64,000 nucleotides of DNA. Origin: Phoronis australis. Taxonomy: Eukaryota > Animalia > Phoronida. Every line of letters starts with the position of its first letter. Within the stretch, counting starts at the first letter, position 1. Where the stretch lies: NCBI GenBank assembly GCA_002633005.1, contig NMRA01000340.1, positions 124,001 through 188,000 of the forward strand, given 5' to 3'. A model generated the notes under the pieces. That model was not told where the DNA came from. It did no database searches and saw only the letters and a program-made list of their open reading frames with translations. Shown in pieces: positions 50,201 through 60,449 of the stretch. A program made the position numbers and the translations under genes.

Positions 50201-53200
50201 GCTTTTTACCATCTACCAGATGTATTCGGCAGAACTGCCACAATCTCTGGTAGTGACTTTTCCACACTGACTTCTTTGGGATAATGATCCCATGTGGTGT
50301 GTCCGTGGTTGGCACTTTAGCTTTTTTTACTCCAGGAACTTTCGGACGACGTTGAGGCTTGGGCAGTTCTTGGGATTGGGGAGTGCTGGAGGCACTTGTT
50401 ACGTTTGTGTCGCACTGACTTAGAACTGGTTTAGCCTCGCTGCCATTAGATATCGTTAAGCCACTTGCTCTGGCCACCACATCTCCTTGTGAAGACGAGC
50501 ACTCATTCTCCTGGGAAACTCCTACCCCCATGGACGGCATCTGGTGGCCATCTGAGCATGTGTTCTCAGGCTCACGATTTTGCACTTCGCTTGACGAATC
50601 TGGCAAAGTCGCAGCTTTTTCCATTTCCAAAATCATAGAGATCTGTACCTTCAAATCATCTGGCATGTCATGGAAATTCAGAGCTTGAATATCTGCCAAT
50701 GTGACCTCATCGGAGCTCGACACATGCAAACGATGGACTGACTTCTGCTGTGCATGTTTATGCAGTAACTGCGCGATACTTGCCTTCTGTTTCTGGGTGG
50801 GATTATTGATTAGCTGAGTTAGGTTGTCTTTGGTCAAAGTCAGTGGCCTAGCCTGCGTCCCTGTTGAATGATACGTATCTGCACAGGCACTGGCAACACT
50901 CTCTACCGAGCCAGGCTGCTGAGAATCCATGCCTCGCTCATTAATACAGTCCCTCTCTCGATCCAGCCGTTGAGGCGTCTTTCCTTTCTCTACGCGTTCT
51001 CTGATCTCGAGACTGCCAGATGCTTTCCGTTTCATTTCCATCTTCTTCTCAGCAAGCTGTTTCTCCCGCAGCTCCCGTGCCTGCTGACGTTTCTCCCGCA
51101 GTTCACGGCACATATTCTCCGCCTCTTCCAGTACATCAGGCTTTGTGACCACACCTGTAGTGACCACACCTGTAGTCTGCACAACTTTGCTCTCGGGTTG
51201 CTTGCTGTCCATGTTCATCAATGTCTTGTGACTGCGCACGGAACTATTTCCAGCAAAATCTTTCTTTCGTTTACCAATTGAATGACTGGTGTTTAATAAC
51301 CCGCGAGATGTTTCGTTGTTTTGTGCACTCAGTGTTGCTTGTGTATGAACAACTGAATCAGATGAACATTTCCTGTTATTACCTTTCTCATTACAGAGTT
51401 GTTTGGGTGACAAGCGTTTAAGTTCAGAAGTACCTCTTTTACTAACAGAACGCTTATCTTTGGCAACAATTGTATCATCCGTCACTGATTTACCATGACG
51501 ACTAGAAGATCTTTTATCCATTAAATTCAAGTCTCGCTCTGATGATCCAGAATAAAACTGGGCATTACGATTATCCAATGAACTCCTTCTGGACCCGTTA
51601 GACATACGCATATTATTTGTGCTATGTGAGCTGTTGAACTCATTGGATTGCCAAGGAGAATGTGGTCTGTGTGAATTTTCAAACGACCAGTAGTTAACGT
51701 CAAAAGCAACATCATCATTATACAGGTTTGGTGGAGCATGGAAAGGATTCCTGTTGTGCCACTGTGAGGCGCTATCATTCCATGGTGAATGCGACCAATT
51801 CCCTGATGACCAACCGCTCCATGAATTTGGCTCGCCAAATCTTTGACTCGAATCGAACGAATACGAAGGGGCATTTGACGACGGTTGATTGCAGCTTGGA
51901 TTTTGTGAAGACCATCGTTTGTGATGACCAACCTGTGAATGTCCAGCATTAAAGTTCACCTGCTTCTGGCCATCACCAAGACTGCGCGATAATCCTGGTG
52001 GCTTCTTGTTTGCATCCTGAGTGGCCTGCAATTTCATTTCCTCTTTCTTCGTTTGTCTAACAAACAGAAAAACAGCAAATTAAGGAACAAGACAGAAGTT
52101 AATTGGTCACAGTCAAAACATCATATGTCAGAAATGGCCGATTCACTTCTGGTACAAAACTTTCAAATCTTATGCTTCGTGCACTGTTTTTAAATTGTTG
52201 CTGGGCATTTTTTAAAATACATTCGCACAAGGGGCTATCAAAATAGGACTGCGAATTTACCTTAATCGAAAACGAAGTAATAATTAGGAATTATTTTAAA
52301 ACTGTCCAATTTCACAAAAATATAACTTTTACGATTTTTATGAAAAAAAATTAAAGTTAGATAAAATGAAAAGTAACGATAATATAGAAAACTATAGTTC
52401 AGCGCCATTTGAAATTTCATCTATAATTTTATCTAATGAAATTTGGTAATGTTACTGATACTGTTACTGATACTGTTACTTTTGTTATGAATATGCCTTT
52501 CTTTTTGTTAAATTTTACTGAAAACTCATGGTCATGCAGACTGGTACAAAGCCAATAATCATATTCTATAGACTTTTTGCTATTTTAATTGCTAAGTAAA
52601 AATCTACAGTTTCGTAGGTCTTTAGGTATGTGCATACTTGTCAATAATGTCCTAAGTAACCTCAAGTAACACCAACATGTGCCATAAGAGCCAAAACACT
52701 TCAATGGCAACAATGAGAGAATAACTGTTCGCATGGTAAATTTATAAGGCTAGACGCACACCAAGAGCTATGCACTTAGTCAGTTGCCTCAAGTGCCAGT
52801 AAGCTAAGCAAAACGCTCAATGCCAGTTATACGCAAAGGACAGTGGTAAGTGAAGTAAACCAGTTCGTTCAATTACAGCCTAATTTCCTAGATCTTGACG
52901 CTAGCTGAACTCGGCTTACTGGGGCTTGTGACAGTTGACCGAGCAAAAAACTCTTCTTGTACAACAAACTTAAAAATAAATTCATTAATCTTCCAAGGAA
53001 TCAATATCTTTTAGCAGTGAATCTCAAGGTACATAGTTTTAATGTCAAAACTTAAGCAGAAACACATTTGAGGTTTCAAAACTGCACTATTGTGTTCTTA
53101 TACATTGACAGAATCGTATATAGACTCTTAACTTTAATTCTTGTTAATCCCAAACCACGTTGCTTAACACATAAAGGTCAATTTACTGAGTTCCATCTCA

Positions 53201-56200
53201 AGCAATAACTGGCAGTTCTTCTCAAGTGAAATCACTTGTTCTGCGACTGCAGAGCATGTGGTGACTAATATGGCAGTAAGTGGACTATACTCAAATTTCA
53301 GTGCTTTTAAAACAAGAGTCACCGTGAGTGTGCTGTACAATCCAACTGATTTCCGACAAAAATAATTGCCAAAACTCGTGTTTCAAGAGCTTCCAACATC
53401 GTTGTGAATGACTGCATTTTTTCAAATGCTTTCTGTCGATAGCTACACTACAGAACTCGAATGCGGCAAAACATCACTCTGGCACTGTATATCATTCACA
53501 GAAAAGAGAAAAAAAAATTTACTTGGTACGCCACATTGTCTGCTAAATTGCTGAGACTTTAGCGTATTTCAGCTTTAAAACCACGTGTCTCAACCCACAA
53601 TAGAATGACTATACATACTTGCTCTCCAACACCTTTCTGTGCGACGGGCCATTCAGGTGTCTGCTGTACTCACTCAGAGACTTGCACACCTGGAAACACA
53701 GCGTACAGGTGTGCACAGCGTTCCTGTAAGATAATGGCATGAGACGAAGTTTAATTAATAATCAACATAATATCATTCTGGTTACCATTCAAGCTTACGT
53801 TAAAATGAAAAGTCACTGTTCGAATTTGGTGGAGAAAACACACACGCGCAGATTCTCACTGTAGACAGGCACATTGCAACCTTCAGGAAAAATGTATTAA
53901 ATTCAGTCACTAAGATTCCTCTTGAACGTGAGAACATTTGGCCAAAATTTTCTCTCAGCAAGGCATGCAACTACCAAACTTTATTCAGTCTCTAAAATTA
54001 CTGAACACTTAAAATTACTCACACCGAACAATTTCCCATAATTTGGTGACCACCAAAACTTACTCAACCAGAAGAAATCTAAATGAGCAATTCACAGTTT
54101 TCCGAGTAGAACTCAAGAAAGAGTGACCACCAATAATTCCCCGAGTAAAATCTCGAGCACAGTAGGGATAATTACTCAAAAATTTCAAAAATTCCAAGAA
54201 AGAGCAAGAGCATCGCTGAGCTTCGATACGCGCCTACCACGTGTATCACACACAGTGCAAATACAAGGGATCATTGTTATTTTAAACAACACTAGTCATT
54301 ACACAACACACCCCATTATTTTGGAAATACTGGTAAACTTAAAATAGCCTCTAGGGAATGCAAAGCAAGATATCAATGCTTTCCTCAAAAGGAACATACA
54401 CGCCACCTTGCACCACAATTCTTTACGCAATTTGGAGGATACGGATGCCAAGAACAAAGATTAAAACCTAAAGTAATATAAGGGCCACTAGGGGAGCAAC
54501 GTAAGTTAACTCTGAAATGAAGCGTGTGCTGTTGTCGATGTGACAGTAACATATTTGCCAAACTTAATGAACTTCCATTAAGGAATCTTGTAGATATCAA
54601 GGCAAAAGTGCCTGACTAGGGGACTCCACAGTAGGTGAATCTGTCGCAAAATTCATGCCAACTGCCTCTCCTCAATAGAAACACGCAACAAATTTCAAAC
54701 AGATCTGCCCAGGTACTTGGTAAATAAGCTACAGGCAAAAAACAAAATTGCCACTAGGAGGCACCACAGCAATAAGACATGGTCAACTGTGTTCTTCTCA
54801 GGACGAACATACATATAACAATTTTCATTGATAATCATTCCTGCTTGGTTATTAGTTGATTGCGAGGCGGATGACAAAATTCCATGAAAATATGCCTAGG
54901 GTCTCCCAAGATAACATCGAATAGGGGCACAGCAGGTGTCAGATCCACCCAACTGTTGGTATCATTCATTGTCAAATTCACAGATACACATGTGCCTAAA
55001 CAAAGGTTCCACAGGGTGCACAGTAGTCGGCAAATGTAAACAAGAGCAACGCGGAGCGTTGAAATGCGCCCACAATTGCACCGCATACGGTATCCTTCTA
55101 GGGTTGTTTATTGGTACCATAAAGTGGCCAGTAGAGGGCATACTTTGCAAAATGGAAAGGCATGGTCATTGTCTCCTCAATGGGCTAGGGGCAAAATGTG
55201 AGTAATCTTCATAATACAAGCACATCCTATACCTCAGTTGCTTAAAACACCACAGAAACATAGAATTAAAAACAAATTTACCAACATACGAGATTAGCAC
55301 AGCATTAGAATGCCAGAAACAAATTTCTACTTGGAACTTTTCCTTCACAGTCACGAAGTAACACAAAGTATACACCTGAAGACCTATGAAAATACAGAGG
55401 TCAATGTAAAATACTAAAATTGCNTCTCCTCAATAGAAACACGCAACAAATTTCAAACAGATCTGACCAGGTACTTCGTAGATAATAAGCTACAGGCAAA
55501 AAACAAAATTGCCACTAGGAGGCGACACAGCAATAAGACATGGTCAGCTGTGTTCTTCTCAGGACGAACATATATATAACAATTTTCATTGATAATCATT
55601 CCTGCTTGGTTATTAGTTGATTGCGAGGCAGATGACAAAATTCCATAAAAATATGCCTAGGAACTCCCAAGATAACATCGACTAGGGGCACAGCAGGTGT
55701 CAAATCCGCCCAACTGTTGGTATCATTCATTGTCAAATTCAGATACACATGTGCCTTAACAAAGGTTCCACAGGGTGCACAGTAGTCGGCAAATGTAAAA
55801 AATTAAAATAACCCTAGGGGACACTGCAGTAGTCTCCATTTGAGAATTCGTTCCATGATAGGAACATGCCTACAAAATGTCATGAATATTCATCAAGGGG
55901 TTGGGGAAAGAATACTTTTGCTAACATCTCAAAGCCAAGTGATTCAAAAAAAAGTAAATAATGAGCCCCAAAAACACCTTTAAGCTCAGCTCATTGACGC
56001 AAGAGCACGATGGGCGTTGACGGTCAACTTACCTCTTCCTGTTCTCCACCTTAATGTGATGTATCATACTCCACAGGTGTTCTCTCAGAGTCTGAAAGAA
56101 CACCAGCCGTATTAGAGAGATCACTCAACACTCAACACAACAAAAACTACTAACTACAATAAAATTCGCACAATAAGTAGGAAATGCACACGTCAGAGTG

Positions 56201-56632
56201 TTGCTTAGAAAAAAGTTCCCTGGTATATTTCTAGATCCTGCACTTCAGCCTTCAGATTTAAGCCAGGTTTTGCCCACTTTCAAACTCCTCGGTCCACTTG
56301 CATCTAATATGTTAGCTGAACAAAATGCAAACCAGAATCCTGCACACATCAAAGATTTTCTAATATAGGGTTTTAACACCTAAATTTTCGGAACACAACT
56401 TTTTGTCATCCGTTGGGCTCCAATAGTCTAGTGAAAATGGCTGAAATTCAAATATCGGTCATTTACAATTGAACTTCCGTTTAGAGTCCCAGGATAATTT
56501 AGTAACAAAGTAATTTGCAGTGAACTAATAACAAATTATTTTATAACTATTATGTACTGATTGAAGAATCACCTCCTCTGCCGAAAAAGATAATCCACAC
56601 AGGTCACAAGACAAATTTTCTTCGGAAGACAT
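32207..56632 (-). CDS. ZNF106: Zinc finger protein 106 orthologue (N-terminal C2H2 x2, DUF3504-like insert, WD40 repeats, C-terminal C2H2 x2; ~18 coding exons, ~2160 aa)
   Basis: N-term CDLC..EHLWSMIHH and HTCTLC..YSRHLNGPSH resemble ZNF106 CILC..EHMRSMLHH and HECRVC..YAKHISGQLH. C-term ECQFGSCSSVFG..H..H / RCLWKDC..KHIEKH resembles ZNF106 RCWWHGCSLIFG / KCRWKNC..HIERH. WD40 exons lie just before. The exon chain between 49514 and 43655 is uncertain. Confidence 0.9.
33057..33200 (-). CDS. ZNF106: ZNF106 exon (C-terminal zinc fingers)
   Basis: FGSCSSVFGLKEHVVHHVVVQH..RCLWKDC. Confidence 0.92.
33948..34016 (-). CDS. ZNF106: ZNF106 exon
   Basis: IITGNRKGVI..HYECQ; GTAAGG donor. Confidence 0.85.
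34314..34385 (-). CDS. ZNF106: ZNF106 WD40 exon
   Basis: CIYGSGNELLTSMIVKDDM; phase 0-0. Confidence 0.82.
34887..35006 (-). CDS. ZNF106: ZNF106 WD40 exon
   Basis: TGQLIHVIKH..CSLDGIVHCLNLQ. Confidence 0.9.
35740..35997 (-). CDS. ZNF106: ZNF106 WD40 exon
   Basis: EGSRRLL..SMDSIISVRDANSGLLLRNLQG. Confidence 0.92.
36681..36797 (-). CDS. ZNF106: ZNF106 WD40 exon
   Basis: DEVTCM..WSRVYVGLNNGNVMCFN. Confidence 0.9.
37819..37953 (-). CDS. ZNF106: ZNF106 WD40 exon
   Basis: YNGHKKAINCI..LTGGRDKSLIVFN. Confidence 0.92.
38773..38901 (-). CDS. ZNF106: ZNF106 WD40 exon
   Basis: CHKQSILCLALYKEHVYAAGQDG. Confidence 0.88.
39213..40490 (-). CDS. ZNF106: ZNF106 exon (426 codons, low complexity)
   Basis: TTTCAG acceptor, GTAATG donor, open frame; 5' half duplicated at 40572-41214. 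Confidence 0.85.
41685..42311 (-). CDS. ZNF106: ZNF106 exon (NLS-like KKRKR, coiled coil)
   Basis: 209 codons; VLQMSLEEE..coiled coil. Confidence 0.85.
42996..43655 (-). CDS. ZNF106: ZNF106 S/T-rich exon
   Basis: 220-codon open frame, TTTGTAG..GTAGTC. Confidence 0.8.
43869..44757. mobile_element. Non-autonomous TIR element (CAGGGATATA.. ends), TSD TGACAG
   Basis: CAGGGATATACTAGGC vs GCCTAGTTATATATCCCT; TGACAG at 43863-43868 and 44758-44763. Confidence 0.65.
44783..44878 (-). CDS. ZNF106: Candidate small ZNF106 exon ending GLQPTVVLNRLPE (acceptor 44878 or 44820)
   Basis: Strong GAG|GTGAGT donor; phase-0 end fits the exon starting at 43655. Confidence 0.55.
45750..45865 (-). mobile_element. 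tRNA-derived SINE head (related copies ~24266-24365 and ~28049-28150)
   Basis: Minus-strand A-box-like TGGCCTGGTTG and B-box GGTTCAAGTCC; shared GAGCTGAGGAGCTAGA..CTCAAG flank; no intact cloverleaf. Confidence 0.65.
45979..46014 (-). CDS. ZNF106: Candidate 36-nt ZNF106 micro-exon
   Basis: CTTTATCCTGCAG acceptor, GTGGGT donor, open in phases 0 and 1. Confidence 0.45.
46592..48277 (+). mobile_element. Helentron-type non-autonomous element (HINE/pearl-like) with internal tandem repeats
   Basis: AACAAGAGC start with AATGCGGCCAC; about 12 units of ~145 bp (~420-bp trimer); (GGAC)n; AATGCGTCCAC plus terminal hairpin; A-run. Related fragments at ~5180-5546, 20470-20525, 30160-31040, 54400-55900, 62700-62965. 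Confidence 0.7.
48386..48830. mobile_element. Tc1/mariner-type MITE with ~120-bp imperfect TIRs
   Basis: TA|CAG..AATACTGGAATTTGCTTA..TTCTGGTCAATAGG mirrored by CCTATTGACCAGAA..TAAGCAAATTCCAGTATT..CTG|TA. Confidence 0.65.
49514..52056 (-). CDS. ZNF106: ZNF106 large exon (W/S/N-rich low-complexity region, coiled coil, DUF3504-like domain)
   Basis: 848-aa open frame. TTGTTAG acceptor is phase 2, matching the previous exon; GTAAGT donor. Confidence 0.88.
53619..53723 (-). CDS. ZNF106: ZNF106 exon (zinc finger 2)
   Basis: HTCTLCFQVCKSLSEYSRHLNGPSH. Confidence 0.92.
56033..56091 (-). CDS. ZNF106: ZNF106 exon (zinc finger 1 His ligands)
   Basis: TLREHLWSMIHHIKVENRK; TTTCAG..GTAAGT. Confidence 0.9.
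56573..56632 (-). CDS. ZNF106: ZNF106 first coding exon (exon acceptor at 56672)
   Basis: ATG, MSSEENLSCDLCGLSFSAEE; GTGATT donor. Confidence 0.8.
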
Positions 56633-57975
56633 CGTTGGCTTGTGATCCACCACTTCTACGACGGGTTTAATTCTAGAAAAGACAACGCACATTTGAAAAT
56701 AGGATTCCTGCACGCATTTTTGAAACTGTGCCACAATTCGGTATAAGGTGAATGCACCTTTATGCAAATCACATTTGCTAAAAACAGAAATTATCTGTAA
56801 TGCTACGCATGCTAAACTTGTGAATTCAGTACCATTCCGTGCATCACATGACAATTAACGTATTCCGCACAAAGTCGAAGCATTTCGAGGCCTTTCATTA
56901 CAAGCAAAACTAGAATTAAATAAGTATAGCAAAAATTGAACAGTGCAAACAAAAGGAAGAAGTATGGGCTTTTCGAATAACCTAACTTTGCATATTCAAC
57001 GACTTGATGACAATCTCGTAGCAGATATTCTCTCAGCTTAAGAGTAGTTGAATAACTGTACAGACCTATTCAATAATTGTAGATAGCTGAATAAGCATTG
57101 AGTAGGCCAAATGGCAAGTGTGAAATAAAAAATGATATAGATGCAACTATTTGGAATTTAAGAGAAGGTACATGTGAAACACTTGACTTAGGGAAAAAAT
57201 CCACAAAAATACATCAAATATACTATTAGTAGGTAAGGCTCAAGGATCTAAAATGCACGTAACATATAAATTAAAAATAAAGCAAAATAATACAGTACTA
57301 TATTAACAGAACTTCAAACATACAAACTTCTACGAAGTTTGGACCAGTGTGGATAGGCCTTCGATGGTGACTTGCATCCATCGGCAGAGGTCATTTTGAT
57401 TGTCCAATTATCTATTGACCTGTTGCCCAAGACTTGCAAATTTCCGTTGACCAAACTTGGGCAAAGTAGCAGACAGTTGTTAAATTACGTAGAGGTTATC
57501 TGAACACGACACGTAGTATGCACCACAGCAAAACCTTCTTTTCAGGAGCAGCATCTTGTGTAAAATGAATCACTGAAGTTGCTGAATGAATGAACTTGTC
57601 TGAGGTTTCCGAGAGAGCTGCAGAAAGCCAGGGGGATTTTAACGGATTAGTCTACTTTATTCATTTTACTGTTTGTTCATGATGTGCTTCAGAAGGATTA
57701 ATGTTTACTTTCGTTTGATAACAGCCATTTTTCTCCAGGTTTCGAAGCAAATCCTAAAGAATTCTTATCGTTTATCAAGCGTGCTTGATAAATAAACACA
57801 AAAATCAGCCGTCAAATAACTGGAATAAATTACGTGTTTCAAGTCTTTCATGAATAGTTTACGCGGACAAAAATACACGTAATTTATATGCAACTACATA
57901 TTGCTAGGTCTCTTCTTGACTTCTTGCTATTTTGCTAAAATGCCGAGGTTGAAGTAATACGTTTAGCCTACTCAC

Positions 57976-58060
57976 CAAGCTCACATTTTCGACCGTGTTC
58001 GAATTTGTCGAGGAAGATCTTGGGAGCATGGCGTGTCACAAAAGCAAAGTAGTTCTAAAA
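57976..58060 (-). other. Probable ZNF106 5'UTR exon (5' end undefined)
   Basis: TTG|GTGAGT donor at 57975; CpG-containing segment upstream of the first coding exon. Confidence 0.45.
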
Positions 58061-59659
58061 CTTCTAAAATACTTGTTTTGGCCTTAAAAAGGACTAGTAA
58101 AACACACGAAACATCACATGTGCTTTTAAGTTATGTTTTCAAGTGTATATGCTGCATAATATATGTAATATAAGACTTAACCATTCAGGAAAAATACGTT
58201 TCTTTGGTTGCTCCCAGATTGTTAACCAACAGCCACAGTTAATTTAAAACGTTTTTGCATCTTTCTGTTAAAGCAAAAATTTTAACGAGATAATATCAGG
58301 GAATTTAAAAATTTACGCCATTTCTCTAAACAATTTAAGCAAATTTTGGATTATGATGGCATTTCAAGTTTTTGTACTACCAAGCCGTGTCGATAGCTTA
58401 TCACCTTCAGAGGGAGGAGATATTAGTCATTTGTTGTCGCAAAATTTTGATTTATTCATTTTGGATAAACATTACAGGTTAGTATTAGCAGTAACATTTT
58501 AATTGTGCGCAGAAACAAGATGTCAGTTGTGGAATGATAGAGTGTTTGGAGGAATTCAATTTGTAAAAACAATTTGTCTGCCAAATCAAAACTTATCCGA
58601 ATCCCAGAGAATGCACTGTTGCTGGCGAGTGACGGTGGTCGAGAAATATGCGAACAAAATTACGGTAGGGCCTATCAAAGGGCGAAACTAAAGTTGAACC
58701 ACACAACACCAACAATTAATAGGTAATCGTGCATTTCAGCCGCCTAAGTTAGCTTGGTTTCGAGTTTTCGTTTAAACTGTATTTAACATGAAAATTAAGC
58801 TAAACCAAAGGTATAAGGTTACAAACCTTACTCACTTTGTAAAAGGATGTGATTTTCAAAGGAACAAGAACAAGGTAATTTAGAAACATATTGGAAAGTC
58901 CAATTCAGTGATGTATCAGTGAAGAGTGTGGGTGGTGTGGTTCAAAATTTAGCAAAGTTTAAAATATAAACACTGCAAAAAATAAATGTTTAAATTCGTC
59001 ACAAAAACCAACTTTGGTTTAGACCACTTACCTTTAAGACTCGCACAGTTCCGAAGTCAAGTTTGAGGTGATATCAGTCAATGAAAATTTGTTACTGCTT
59101 GACACCAGGCTGTACAGTTGAGTTGTCGTGGCACTGGTCTGTCTCCAGAATGGTCAATCAAGGAACTGACACTTCGGTCTTTGCAAATCCAGAAGTCACT
59201 GCTAAAATTTAAGTACATGGATTTGACTTTTCTTATGGAAGGCTGTGAATGTCATTACTGGATCCGATGTTGTGCCATGTCTTTTGCTGCGTATTGACAA
59301 CAAGTGGAGTTTTAACAATGTTTGATTAGATCAATGTGCTTTCTGCACATGTTCTTCTATACCTCTCTGTAAATAATTTTCTGCGTGTGTATCTTATATT
59401 GGTAAGGGTTAGTAGCAATTGTGCTAAATGTTCCTTTGTTGTATCTACCCATACCGACATTAAATAATTGTTTTACGTACTTGCTTTGTAATTAATAAGT
59501 TGAGACCAATTTTATAGTAATGAGTGACCTAATTAAAACGATCGCTTCTTGAGATGAAGCACCTGTTTATAACTTTATTATGTATTTTCCAAGTTTGGAA
59601 AAACTTGGAAAATACATCGACACATCAGCTGCCATGCGTCCTGAATGAGATGCTTTGAG

Positions 59660-60130
59660 CTGGGAGTTCATTAGTAGGTAGAAGGTTGGTGTTTTGAGCA
59701 AATTGCAGATACAACTCTACGACCTCAGTTTTTAGTGATAGTTATCACGGAACTTCGGTATCCTGTTAGGAAAGATTCGAGGCGGTCCACGAGAGGAAGT
59801 CCTTGAAGTACTGGGAACTAGCGGAGAAACAAGGACAAGGGTGGCAGTGAAGTTTCCTGTTGAACTGGGATGCTAAGGGCTCCCTGTAAGGTCCATATCA
59901 TGTTTGCTTGAGAAGCTTGCTGTGGGAGGGTGGGTAAAAAGAACAACAGTGAGAAGAATGGATGAGATGGCTGAAACAAACATCATGCTGGGTGTGGTAC
60001 TGCCTTAGTGACGGCAGTTGCCAGGCTGCAGTGATGCACAGTGAATTGGCCACCATTGTTAAACCACCAGTGGAAACTGTTACGGTTTCGGGTCGAAATG
60101 TGTCGAGGTAACTGGATGCCATATTACGAC
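59660..60130 (+). mobile_element. Decayed 3' end of a Hero-like (restriction-like endonuclease) non-LTR retrotransposon
   Basis: IADTTLRP..VIVITEL(T)V.., ERFEAVHERKSLKYWEL, GW..FPVELGC.G resemble TTLRPD..ELTVPWE..AHERK..KY..FPVEVGCRG; stops and frameshifts present. Confidence 0.65.
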
Positions 60131-60231
60131 ATCATACTCAAACTAGATAGTGCATAACGGGTGATGGAATACAGGCCCTACTGCTCCTGTCACGAAGCAG
60201 GGACGGGGCTACAAGATGCTGGACTGCATTG

Positions 60232-60289
60232 NNNNNNNNNNNNNNNNNNNNNNNNNNNNNNNNNNNNNNNNNNNNNNNNNNNNNNNNNN
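60232..60289. other. Assembly gap (N run)
   Basis: Run of N followed by poly-G. Confidence 0.99.
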
Positions 60290-60449
60290 CCCAGGGGGGG
60301 GGGGGGGTGGCGGGCGGCGGGCGGGCGCAGTCCAGGAATATCCCTGTGTGGCAGACAATGTTTCTGCGTGTACATGCATCAAAACAACTTTAAGTAGCAA
60401 TAGACCTGTCTTCCATCAAAAACCATTTTCGATTTAAACAACTCACCAT

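Noticed and set aside
49491-52037. Stand-alone active Crypton transposon gene
   Set aside because: Has phase-compatible splice sites to the ZNF106 fingers, lacks the recombinase catalytic C-terminus, and no element ends were seen.
60161-60437. ORFs spanning the N run
   Set aside because: Artefacts of the gap and adjacent poly-G.
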